Part shown: in pieces, positions 10,088 through 18,577 of the stretch
How the letters are laid out: each line of letters opens with the position of its first letter
Position numbering within the stretch: position 1 is the stretch's first letter
Source of the DNA: Fimbriimonadales bacterium
Lineage (GTDB): Bacteria; Armatimonadota; Fimbriimonadia; Fimbriimonadales; ATM1
Length of the DNA: 64,000 bases
Assembly: GCA_051003155.1 (NCBI GenBank)
Contig: JBPCLO010000027.1
Location: forward strand, 1-64,000
Reading direction: 5' to 3'
Made by a program: the position numbers and the translations under genes
Notes under the pieces: model-generated
Databases searched by the model: none
The model's input: only the letters and a program-made list of their open reading frames with translations
Told to the model about the DNA's origin: nothing

Positions 10088-10621
10088 ATGCCACGTACGA
10101 AGATAAGCGACGACCACCCGCTGAGAGTTTATTTCCGAGGCCTGCTGCACGACAGCGTTAAACAAAGGCTGCGATTGGCGGACAACACCGTCGAGAACTA
10201 CCTCAGCACGCTCATCACCGAATTCATCCACACCGACGCGCTCGGTTTGGACAGCGACAAAGGCGATGACATCGCCGAGCTAATCGCGGATGGCGATGTG
10301 CTATTGGGAGCGAACAGCTTCGAGCGCGAACGCGAAGTCCACAAGCACGTCGGCGACACGATCATGTTTTGGGGGGGTCTCTTCCCGGAGCACCTGGCAA
10401 TCCTCAGGCGGTGCGGCGCCGCCTCTGGACTCATCGACCACGTCGCTCAGGGCAAAACCAGCTACCGGCTGGTGAGCACCTTCGTTTACGGCGGCCACGC
10501 GGCCGAAGCGCCGATGTTCGAGCGGCTCAGCGAGGGGTTCGAGGAATACCTGCTGGCACTGCACGATGTCCGCAGCGCGTGGGACGACTCGGGCGACTGG
10601 AGCCACGGATTCCGCGCTTAG
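10088..10621 (+). CDS. Conserved hypothetical all-helical protein
   Basis: 177-aa ORF with typical codon usage and motif EREREVHKHVGDTIMFWGGLFPE; function unknown. Confidence 0.75.
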   Translation: MPRTKISDDHPLRVYFRGLLHDSVKQRLRLADNTVENYLSTLITEFIHTDALGLDSDKGDDIAELIADGDVLLGANSFEREREVHKHVGDTIMFWGGLFPEHLAILRRCGAASGLIDHVAQGKTSYRLVSTFVYGGHAAEAPMFERLSEGFEEYLLALHDVRSAWDDSGDWSHGFRA

Positions 10622-10660
10622 CAGGAAATCGCTGCAGAGCGTCGAAAACGACACTAAGTA

Positions 10661-11314
10661 TTGGACACACCGGTCGAAAAACTGCGTAAACAGGGGGCCG
10701 CTGCGCTATCTCCGATCGAACTTCTAGCTATCGGCTTTACCCGCGAGGAAGGGGACGCGGACGCCGCCCTCCAGACCGCCCGCGCGTTCATGAAGAGCCT
10801 GGGTGGCATTCGGTCCCTCGCCTCCGTTCCGCCTGGTGTGCTTAAAGGGGCCGGGCTACTCGACGACCTGGAGGTCGCGAAGTTCACCGCCCTGATCGAG
10901 CTTGGCAGGCGCTGCATGGATGCGGGTAAGGGGCAGCGCACGGTCATCAAGGACGACAACGACATAGCTGCCCTGTTCAGCCGTCTGCGCTATGAGAGAA
11001 AGGAGCACTTCTGCGCGCTGCTTCTCGACACAAAGTGCCAGGTCATGAAGAGCACCGTTGTCCACACAGGGACGGTTTCCGCGTCGCTCGTCGGTGTGCG
11101 CGAGTTCTTTCGCGAGGCGCTGCTCGAAGGTGCCAGCAGCATCGTTGCCGTGCACAACCACCCGAGCGGCGACCCGACGCCCAGCCGCGAGGACTTCGAA
11201 GTCACAAACCTCCTTGTTCAAGCCGGAAAACTGCTCGAAATACCGTTGCTCGACCACGTCATCATCGGCGAAACGGACCACGTCAGCCTGCACAAACTGG
11301 GCGCAATAGGCTAA
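10661..11314 (+). CDS. radC: RadC / UPF0758 JAB-domain protein
   Basis: EKLRKQGAAALSPIELLAI, HNHPSGDPTPSRED, LLDHVIIG. Confidence 0.92.
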   Translation: MDTPVEKLRKQGAAALSPIELLAIGFTREEGDADAALQTARAFMKSLGGIRSLASVPPGVLKGAGLLDDLEVAKFTALIELGRRCMDAGKGQRTVIKDDNDIAALFSRLRYERKEHFCALLLDTKCQVMKSTVVHTGTVSASLVGVREFFREALLEGASSIVAVHNHPSGDPTPSREDFEVTNLLVQAGKLLEIPLLDHVIIGETDHVSLHKLGAIG

Positions 11315-11322
11315 AACGCGCC

Positions 11323-11949
11323 ATGCCAGAGAGATTTGGGGAGATCGTGGAGGGGCTTCGCGACAGGATTGAAAGCCTTCACAACGCGAGGGAAAACGCC
11401 CTCGCCGCCGGCCGCCAAATCGTCCAAACGAGTTCGAAAGCCATTAAGCACATCCACCGGCAAGAGATGGATCGAGCCGATTCGCTGCTGAAAAGCCTCG
11501 AACAAATGGTCACGAAGGCGAGCCACGACGTCGCGAGCTTTCCAGGAATCCGACATGCCCCTTATTTCCAAGACGCCATCAAGGAATTCGTCGAGGCGAA
11601 GACGCTGCGCGCAATCATCATGAACGAGCCGCTCCCCCTTCCACAAGAACTCAATGTCGAACCTCAGGCATACTTAAACGGAATCTGCGAAGCGGCGAGC
11701 GAATGCCGGAGGTACGCGCTCGACGAAGTGCGCCGGGGGAACAACGAACGCGCGCGCGAACTTGCCACCGAAATGGAAGATATCTACGACGAACTCATAA
11801 CCTTCGACTACCCAGACGCGCTCATGTCGAACTTGCGCCGCAACGTGGACGCCCTGCGCGCCGTGCTCGAGCGAACCCAGAGCGACCTCGCCGTGACCGG
11901 AACCCAGCGCGAGTTGATCGATGAGCTTCGAAGGAGCCGTCCCCAGTGA
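11323..11949 (+). CDS. Translin/TRAX family protein
   Basis: All-helical 208 aa with SSKAIKHIHR, KEFVEA, YLNGICEAASECRR and LRRNVD. Start at ATG 11323. Confidence 0.8.
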   Translation: MPERFGEIVEGLRDRIESLHNARENALAAGRQIVQTSSKAIKHIHRQEMDRADSLLKSLEQMVTKASHDVASFPGIRHAPYFQDAIKEFVEAKTLRAIIMNEPLPLPQELNVEPQAYLNGICEAASECRRYALDEVRRGNNERARELATEMEDIYDELITFDYPDALMSNLRRNVDALRAVLERTQSDLAVTGTQRELIDELRRSRPQ

Positions 11950-13409
11950 TCCCGGCCATCGCCGCTGCCGCGATCGCCATGCCGGCCTTCGAGGCGAGAG
12001 TCCTGTGGGTGGACGCCACTGCGAACCTCTCGTGGACGACGAGCCCCGCGAAGGTCCGCGCGTTCTGCTTGAAAGCCAAGCAAACGGGCTTCAACGAACT
12101 GGTCGTCGACGTAAAGCCTATCAACGGGAAATGGCTCTTCGCGGGGCCGCCCCAAGAGCGGTTCAAGAGCTTCCGCAGCGTAGCGGTCCCCGAGAACTAC
12201 GATCTGCTCAGCGAGTTCTCCAAGTCGGCTCGTGCGGCGGGCCTCCGCATATCCGCGGGCCTGAACGTTTTCAGCGAAGGCCATTCGTATTTCCCCGGCG
12301 TCGGCAAGGCGTACGAAACCTCGAGCTGGGAGACTCAGGTGGCCGTTCCGACGTATGGCGCCCTGCTAGCAGACGGACGGCGGGTGCCGATAATCCTCGA
12401 TCGGAGCGCGTTGCTTGTGCCCGGCCAAATGAGGCTCGCGACCGGTGAAAACGGAAAACTCATCGCGGGCACGAGGATCCGCGTCGAAGTCGCGTCCGAC
12501 TTTGCCGATACCGAAATCGTCGGCATGGCGGCGCGGACCGAGCTCGTTGGCCAAACCAAAGCCTTCCCCTCGATGGTTGCCGTTTTCGTCGACCCGTTGA
12601 CGCCCGGCGCGCGCGGGCGCATGCTTTCGATTCTCGACAAAGTCGCCCGGTACGATATCGACGGCATCGTCTTCGACCGGCTGAGGTATTCGGCGCTCGC
12701 TTCCGGAATGGGACCGGCCATGCGCGACGAGTTCGCAAAGCGGTATGGCCCGGTGTCCGCCTGGCCGGAGAGCGTGTTCTACGCGTCACCGATTCCGGGC
12801 GAGCCCTTGCGCCACGGCCCGCGCTTCCCCGAGTGGATGCAGTTCCGCGCCGAAGTGATCTCGGAGGCTCTCCGCGACTTCGAGCGAAAGGTGAAGGAAG
12901 TGAACCCGAAGCTTACGGTCGGCTCCTACGTGGGCGCGGGCTGGGAGACCTACTACGAGGTCGGCGTCAACTACGCATCCGACTCCGTCAAGCCGCCCTA
13001 TGACTGGGCTCTCGAAGAATACGGCCTAACGGGCTACGCCGGCTACCTCGACTTCCTAATGCCCGGCTGCTTCTACAAAGTTGCCCGCGAGATCGATCCA
13101 GGCGTTCCGACCGGGCGCGAGCGGTTTACTGTCCAAGGAGGCGCGAAGCTCGCGACCGAGCTTGCGGGCAACTCCACCTTCATCTACCCCGCGCTCTATG
13201 GACTGGACTGGGAAAGGAATCCCGACGGGCTCCGCTCGGCCATCCGCGCCTGCCGCGAAATCGGCAAAGGCATCATGTTCTTCGATACGGTTTATATCAA
13301 CAACAATGACTGGTGGGAGCTATTCAAGCAAGAGTTCGCCAACGCACCCATACAGCCGCCCCACGCCATGCCGAGCCTCCGCCGGCGGGGGGGAGGGACC
13401 GCCGACTGA
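11946..13409 (+). CDS. Secreted glycoside hydrolase-like 10 (GHL10/DUF187) protein
   Basis: Signal peptide, ARVLWVDATAN, VVDVKP, YDIDGIVFDRLRY. Confidence 0.75.
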   Translation: MIPAIAAAAIAMPAFEARVLWVDATANLSWTTSPAKVRAFCLKAKQTGFNELVVDVKPINGKWLFAGPPQERFKSFRSVAVPENYDLLSEFSKSARAAGLRISAGLNVFSEGHSYFPGVGKAYETSSWETQVAVPTYGALLADGRRVPIILDRSALLVPGQMRLATGENGKLIAGTRIRVEVASDFADTEIVGMAARTELVGQTKAFPSMVAVFVDPLTPGARGRMLSILDKVARYDIDGIVFDRLRYSALASGMGPAMRDEFAKRYGPVSAWPESVFYASPIPGEPLRHGPRFPEWMQFRAEVISEALRDFERKVKEVNPKLTVGSYVGAGWETYYEVGVNYASDSVKPPYDWALEEYGLTGYAGYLDFLMPGCFYKVAREIDPGVPTGRERFTVQGGAKLATELAGNSTFIYPALYGLDWERNPDGLRSAIRACREIGKGIMFFDTVYINNNDWWELFKQEFANAPIQPPHAMPSLRRRGGGTAD

Positions 13410-13868
13410 CGGCCGCGGCCTGCCGACGCAAAGGGAGCCGCCTGTCTTCGGTAAGCTGTCAGTCGGCAGCCCGCTTCTTCGTTCACGCGAGCAGCGTGTG
13501 CCCCGCAGTCACCGTCCTGGGGTGCGTCGACGAAGATCGCGGGTCCTCGCCAGATGCTTGTCATCACGCACCTTCGAGCCAGGGAACCCGTGGTGCGATC
13601 GGTTGAAATGTTGCCGAGCGGGGATGGTTACGAGGTGTAGCACAACATGGGTTGGGAAACTCGCGGGAACGGTCGAAGCTACGACTACGCAAGGGTGTAC
13701 GTGGCGTGATGACGAGGGAGCCGGCGGCGGATCGGGTATTTGCCACGATTCCTGACAGTCTCAGTCCAATCTGTTGGATCGCCGATTTGCGGTGGATCTC
13801 CTTTACTTGCTCTTGCCGGCGCGCCTCCTTCGCGCCGGCATAGCTTCCCCCGTATAGAATAGGAAGAG

Positions 13869-14291
13869 ATGAAGGTCACCCTCGCCAAGTTTTGCGACTA
13901 CGCATGCCACATCGAAGGCGGCAAGGGGGCGCTCGTAGGAATGTTCGACACGATCGGAGGGTCGCAGTTCCCGCTTATCCACCCGACATTCTTCATGTGC
14001 GTCGAGCTCGAATTCGAGCCCGCAGAGGCCGGCAAGCCCGCCAAGGTCAAGCTCTCCCTCATCGACGAGGACGGCAAGGAGCTCATGGGCGTGGAGGGCG
14101 AGTTCGTGGTGCCCCCGGCGGCCGGCTACAAGCCTGCGACCATGTTCCAATCGTTCCGCATCGACGGCATGTCCTTCCCGAAGCCCGGGCACTACCGCCT
14201 CGATGTGATCAGCCAGGGAGAGCCCATCGGCGAGGCGCGGCTGTATTTGGTTCAAGCACAAGCGCCGCCGGGTAACCTCTCGCCTCAGTGA
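13869..14291 (+). CDS. Hypothetical beta-sandwich protein (DUF6941-like)
   Basis: FCDYA...GKGALVGMFDTI...FPKPGHY pattern; TAGAAT and AGGAAG upstream. Confidence 0.65.
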   Translation: MKVTLAKFCDYACHIEGGKGALVGMFDTIGGSQFPLIHPTFFMCVELEFEPAEAGKPAKVKLSLIDEDGKELMGVEGEFVVPPAAGYKPATMFQSFRIDGMSFPKPGHYRLDVISQGEPIGEARLYLVQAQAPPGNLSPQ

Positions 14292-15169
14292 GATTCGGGA
14301 TTTTCAAGGGCCTCCGGAACCGGATCGACCGCCTGTTCGGCAGAGGCATCGTCGACGAAGAGCTATTCCAAGACCTTGAAGAAGCGCTCATCCAATCCGA
14401 TGTGGGCGTAGGTTCCGCGTCTGAAATCATGGACGAGGTCCGCGTCCGAGTCCGCAAAGAACGCTTGGAAGCCCCAGACCAAATTCGCCAGGCCATTCAA
14501 GACGCCATCACCGCCCGCCTTCGCGAGGAGGAGAGCGCTCTCGCGGTCTCGCAAAATGGCCCGACGGTCTATCTGTTTCTCGGCGTGAACGGCACCGGTA
14601 AAACTACCACAATCGCCAAGCTCGCCCACAGGCTAAATTCTCAGGGCAAGAGCGTGCTGGTGGCGGCAGGCGATACGTTCCGGGCCGCCGCCACGGAGCA
14701 GCTCGAGATTTGGGCGAACCGGGTCGGTGTGGGCATCGTGCGCGGCCAGCCCGGCGGCGACCCGAGCGCCGTGATCTTCGACGCCATCACCGCCGCCAAG
14801 TCGCGCGGCGTGCAATACGTTCTGGCGGATACCGCCGGCAGACAGCACACGAAGGAGAACCTGATGCAGGAGCTTCAAAAGGTCGCACGAGTCGCCGAGA
14901 AGGCGCTAGGGCGCCCCCCTGACGAAGTGCTGCTGGTACTCGACGGCAACACCGGTCAAAACGCTATCCGCCAGGCTGAAGTGTTCTCGAAAGCAGCGGG
15001 CGTTACCGGCGCGGTGCTCACCAAGCTCGACGGCACGGCGAAGGGCGGCTCGATCGTGAGCATTACCGACCAGTTGGGAATACCCATCAAGCTTATCGGC
15101 GTGGGCGAGGAGCCCGAGGACCTTCTTCCCTTTAAAGCCGCCGACTTCGCGCGGGAGCTCGTCGAATGA
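14288..15169 (+). CDS. ftsY: SRP receptor FtsY
   Basis: GVNGTGKTTTIAKLA, DTFRAAA, DTAGR, TKLDGTAKGG. Confidence 0.97.
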   Translation: MRFGIFKGLRNRIDRLFGRGIVDEELFQDLEEALIQSDVGVGSASEIMDEVRVRVRKERLEAPDQIRQAIQDAITARLREEESALAVSQNGPTVYLFLGVNGTGKTTTIAKLAHRLNSQGKSVLVAAGDTFRAAATEQLEIWANRVGVGIVRGQPGGDPSAVIFDAITAAKSRGVQYVLADTAGRQHTKENLMQELQKVARVAEKALGRPPDEVLLVLDGNTGQNAIRQAEVFSKAAGVTGAVLTKLDGTAKGGSIVSITDQLGIPIKLIGVGEEPEDLLPFKAADFARELVE

Positions 15170-16062
15170 AGCTCCTTCCACTAATCTCCTTTGTTGCATT
15201 CGCCGGCTGCGGGAGTAAATCGATAGTCCCCGACGAACCCACATACGGCCTCGTCATTCCAAAGGCGAATTCCGAATGGAGGCGCGAAATTATCGCCGGA
15301 TTTCAGGATGCTGCGGACCAGGTCGGGATGAAGATTTCAATTTCCGAATATTCCGATAATTCCCCGAAAGAGATATTGGCAGCCGCGAGCAATCTACCTC
15401 CCTCTGAGGGCGCTCCAATCTGCATTGTTTTCACTAGAAAAGAATCGATTAAGGACGTTGCGTTCAAGCTGGCACGAAAGGGCGTCGATGTCATTACAAT
15501 CGGCGAGGACGACCCGGACACTCCCCGAATCGGCCATTGCGGCGAAGCGTCGCAAGATCTCGCGTATCTGTGGGATATTCGCGTTAGGCAATTGCGTCCG
15601 CGCCCACGGAATGCACTCATGATTTTCGGTGACGTTCCGGTCAATCAACGTCGCATATCGGGTTCCTTGTACGAAAAGTCAAGGGGATGGCGCAGGTATC
15701 GGCTGCGCATGAGGAGCGTAGCCGACGCATCACAAGACGATATTAAGTGGGCCGATCTGGTCACTCCCGTTGGAGAGGACGCCCTCGCCTTTATGGCGGG
15801 TACTTCCAAGCCCATGATCCCGGTAGATGGCTCTGCGGCCGCCATCGATCTTGTTCGCGGCGACAGGGTCCCGATGGTATTTATTCCGAATTACTATCAA
15901 ATGGGTTTGCGGGCGGCCAGAATCGCGCGCGAGGATTTTGTTTACGGCACCATTCCGAACGCGATTATTTCCATGAAGTATAAAGAAGTAGTGAAGGAAA
16001 CGGTCAAATGGCACTTGGAGGACCGCTACCGGTCCGCGCCTTCGGTCGCCAAACGGAAATAG
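15166..16062 (+). CDS. Lipoprotein, divergent periplasmic sugar-binding-like protein
   Basis: Lipobox FAGC; EWRREIIAGFQDAADQVG and YQMG resemble type I sugar-binding proteins. Confidence 0.55.
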   Translation: MKLLPLISFVAFAGCGSKSIVPDEPTYGLVIPKANSEWRREIIAGFQDAADQVGMKISISEYSDNSPKEILAAASNLPPSEGAPICIVFTRKESIKDVAFKLARKGVDVITIGEDDPDTPRIGHCGEASQDLAYLWDIRVRQLRPRPRNALMIFGDVPVNQRRISGSLYEKSRGWRRYRLRMRSVADASQDDIKWADLVTPVGEDALAFMAGTSKPMIPVDGSAAAIDLVRGDRVPMVFIPNYYQMGLRAARIAREDFVYGTIPNAIISMKYKEVVKETVKWHLEDRYRSAPSVAKRK

Positions 16063-16063
16063 C

Positions 16064-16351
16064 GTGGCGGTCCACGTCGGCTTGCTCACGTTAGTATTGC
16101 GGATCGAAGGTGCGGATTCGCTTAAGGACAAGCGGCACGTTATAAAGGGCCTCTTGGAACGCGCGCGGCGCGACCTGCATCTCAGCATTGCCGAAGTCGG
16201 CTTCCAAAACCAAACGCGCCTCGCCGAGGTTGCCGCTGCATTCGCGGGATCGAACCGGCGCACTATCGAGCGGGCCAAGGAGTCGGCCATCGCGTTTCTG
16301 GAGTCGGACCCCCGTGCGATCTTCGACGGATGCACTTGGGAATGGCTTTGA
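16064..16351 (+). CDS. DUF503 family protein
   Basis: SLKDKRHVIKGL...SIAEVG motif. Confidence 0.85.
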   Translation: MAVHVGLLTLVLRIEGADSLKDKRHVIKGLLERARRDLHLSIAEVGFQNQTRLAEVAAAFAGSNRRTIERAKESAIAFLESDPRAIFDGCTWEWL

Positions 16352-16372
16352 GGTGGCCGCGGGGACTAACAC

Positions 16373-16486
16373 GTCGGTGGCCGCCAGCATCGGCATCGCG
16401 ACTTCGGTAATGAGAGACTCGGGCACGAAGGCGGCCTCGTCGATCAGAACGTGGTCCGCGCCGTCGCCGCGGAGGTTCTCAGCGAT
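16373..16486 (-). pseudogene. Short fragment of a phage-type terminase large subunit ATPase
   Basis: Minus-strand translation IAENLRGDGADHVLIDEAAFVPESLITEVAMPMLAATD (Walker B region); no start codon covering the motif and no rest of gene. Confidence 0.6.
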
Positions 16487-16906
16487 GAACCGGCGAGTCT
16501 TGGGCGAAACGGTGGCTTATTCTCGCTCAGATTTCTTCGGCTATCCTGATTGGATTTCCGTCTACGAAGCCTTTCTCACTCCTTACGGTTTGGCTTTCAA
16601 TGTTCGAGGGGACGTTGTGCCGGAGAACTCGTCCATTCTGGTGCTGCAAACCTCTTGCCTGTTGTTCACCATGAGAACCCGCAGGAAATCCGAAAGCGTG
16701 GATCGCCGCAACACGCCGGATTCCAAATCATGAGTACGCCGAGCAAGAGCTTCGGAATTGACCCCGCCGGTCGAATGCTAGTCGCAGAACCTGGGGACGC
16801 CAAGGTCGCTACCAAGCAGATCGACGTCGACCCCACCCATATGTAAACCAACCCCCGGCACATCGTGATCCGGAGGCTGGCATGAGGAGAGGAATGAGAT
16901 GAAAGG

Positions 16907-17638
16907 CTATTTCTTCAAATGTCCGAGCAAAACTTCAAGCGGCTTGTCCGCCGCAAATACGTACGTCGCGCTCGGGTCGCACCACGTCACCGCGTTCATT
17001 TGGCCGACGCGGCTATACCGCATGCCAGGATATCCTTGAATCGGGGCGCCCTCGCACTCCTCGAGGTCGGGAACGACGACCAGCACGAAGTCACTGGCGC
17101 CGTCCGTATAAATCAAACGTCCCATGAGCCGCCCGTCGATTGTCAATCGATCGACCCGCCAAAGGGTCAACCCGCCGAGGATGGCCTCAGGCGGCTTGCC
17201 AAGCTGATTGCGAACCCAATCGCCAGCGCCGCCGGAGGACGCGACGTTCGAGCCGCCCGCAACGCCGGCGCTGAGCGTTCGTTGGAGAGTTGCCTTGTCC
17301 ATCGTCGATGGGCCGCCGATTCGCTGAAGGTATGCCGCGCTGACGATTGAAAGCGCCAAAATGCCGGCCATCGCGTAGCTGTATTTGCCGACGATCGTTT
17401 CGGTCCTTTTGGCTCGGTCTAGCTCGGCGATGCGCGCCTTGCAGAGCTTCAGGGTGGCGGGAGAATCGTGGATGGGAAGCTTGTCGCTAATCGTGCGTTT
17501 CAGGTGAAGGATGGACTCGTATCGGCTTTGGGCAGCGGGGTCGTCTCTAAGCAGTTGTTCGACGGCAATTCTTTCGTTTGCATCGAGTGCATTGTCCGCC
17601 ATGGCCGAGAGCATTTCAAAATTATTCATTGCCGACAC
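16907..17638 (-). CDS. Membrane-anchored anti-sigma factor
   Basis: N-terminal LSAMADNAL anti-sigma domain, one TM helix, overlaps the ECF sigma stop. Confidence 0.8.
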   Translation of the reverse strand: MSAMNNFEMLSAMADNALDANERIAVEQLLRDDPAAQSRYESILHLKRTISDKLPIHDSPATLKLCKARIAELDRAKRTETIVGKYSYAMAGILALSIVSAAYLQRIGGPSTMDKATLQRTLSAGVAGGSNVASSGGAGDWVRNQLGKPPEAILGGLTLWRVDRLTIDGRLMGRLIYTDGASDFVLVVVPDLEECEGAPIQGYPGMRYSRVGQMNAVTWCDPSATYVFAADKPLEVLLGHLKK

Positions 17639-18188
17639 TTCCCTTTATATATCCTTCAGATTTCGCATAGTCCACCAGCTTCTCCCGAAGGGCTGCCCGC
17701 CCACGGGCCAGACGAGAGCGCACCGTTCCGATTGGCACTTCCAACGCTTCTGCGATCTCGTCATAGCTCATTCCTTCAACGTCACATAGCAAAACTGCGG
17801 TCCGGTATTCCTCGGGTAGAGACATCAGCGCCTCTTCCACTTGTTCTCCTAACAGCGAGTCGAACAATTCGGTTCCAGGCGTGGCCTCTTCTGCCACTAG
17901 ATTCTCTACCGCCGGCTGGTCTTCGATCGAAGCCACATCCGGGTCGCGCTTGGCCTTCCGGTACCGGTTGATGAAGACGTTAGTCAGTATTCTCAGTACC
18001 CACGCCTTGAAGTTGGTTCCATCGAACCTGTCGTAAGCCTGAAATGCCCTTACGACCGCTTCCTGGGTCAAGTCCTGCGCTTCATCTTGGTTCCGAGTCA
18101 GCCGCAATGCGGTGCTGAATACGGATGGAAAGATCGCCTCGAACTCCCGCTCGAACTCCCTGCGCGGATCGCGCTTTTTCCAGAGCAT
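17622..18188 (-). CDS. ECF sigma-70 factor (SigH/SigR-like)
   Basis: AQDLTQE, GTNFKAWVLRILTNVFINRYRK, SYDEIAEALEVPIGTVRSRLARGR. Confidence 0.93.
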   Translation of the reverse strand: MLWKKRDPRREFEREFEAIFPSVFSTALRLTRNQDEAQDLTQEAVVRAFQAYDRFDGTNFKAWVLRILTNVFINRYRKAKRDPDVASIEDQPAVENLVAEEATPGTELFDSLLGEQVEEALMSLPEEYRTAVLLCDVEGMSYDEIAEALEVPIGTVRSRLARGRAALREKLVDYAKSEGYIKGSVGNE

Positions 18189-18221
18189 GGGTAGCGCCGA
18201 GTGTACCTTTCTGCCTGTTCT

Positions 18222-18247
18222 AACAAAGCGCACCGTTGCCTGGTTCC
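18222..18247 (-). promoter_or_regulatory. Putative autoregulatory ECF promoter GGAAC-N18-GTT
   Basis: GGAAC at 18247-18243 and GTT at 18224-18222; matches the actinobacterial SigH/SigR consensus GGAAY-N18-GTT. Confidence 0.55.
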
Positions 18248-18398
18248 CGCCTACCCAGTAGAAAAAAGATTGTGCCTGCTGGTAAGGGGCTTTCGTGGAC
18301 CTTCATGAAATACGCGGATTCCGGTCAGACGAGAAGCCAAAAAGTCGTCTTCACGTCACATTCCCTGACACACCCCTGTCGTGATGACGAGATATCGA

Positions 18399-18425
18399 CA
18401 GTCGCCAGTCGCCAGTCGCCAGTCG
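18399..18425 (+). repeat. 7-bp tandem repeat (CAGTCGC) x ~3.9
   Basis: cagtcgc cagtcgc cagtcgc cagtcg, directly upstream of TATAAT at 18428-18433. Confidence 0.85.
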
Positions 18426-18442
18426 TATATAATATGGCCTGC

Positions 18443-18534
18443 GGAGAGATGGCTGAGTGGTCGAAAGCGCCCGCCTGCTAAGTGGGTAAGGGGCTAATAC
18501 CCCTTCTCGGGTTCGAATCCCGATCTCTCCGCCA
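18443..18534 (+). tRNA. tRNA-Ser(GCT)
   Basis: GGAGAGA/TCTCTCC acceptor stem, anticodon loop CT-GCT-AA, long variable arm, GTTCGAATC, encoded CCA. Confidence 0.97.
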
Positions 18535-18577
18535 TTATTTGAACCTCTGAGGGGCCATGCGCGGTCTATACTTGAAA

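Noticed and set aside
16550..16846. 98-aa ORF as a nitrilase-like gene
   Set aside because: Only a faint IDPAGR resemblance near the end and no catalytic motifs; treated as unassigned.
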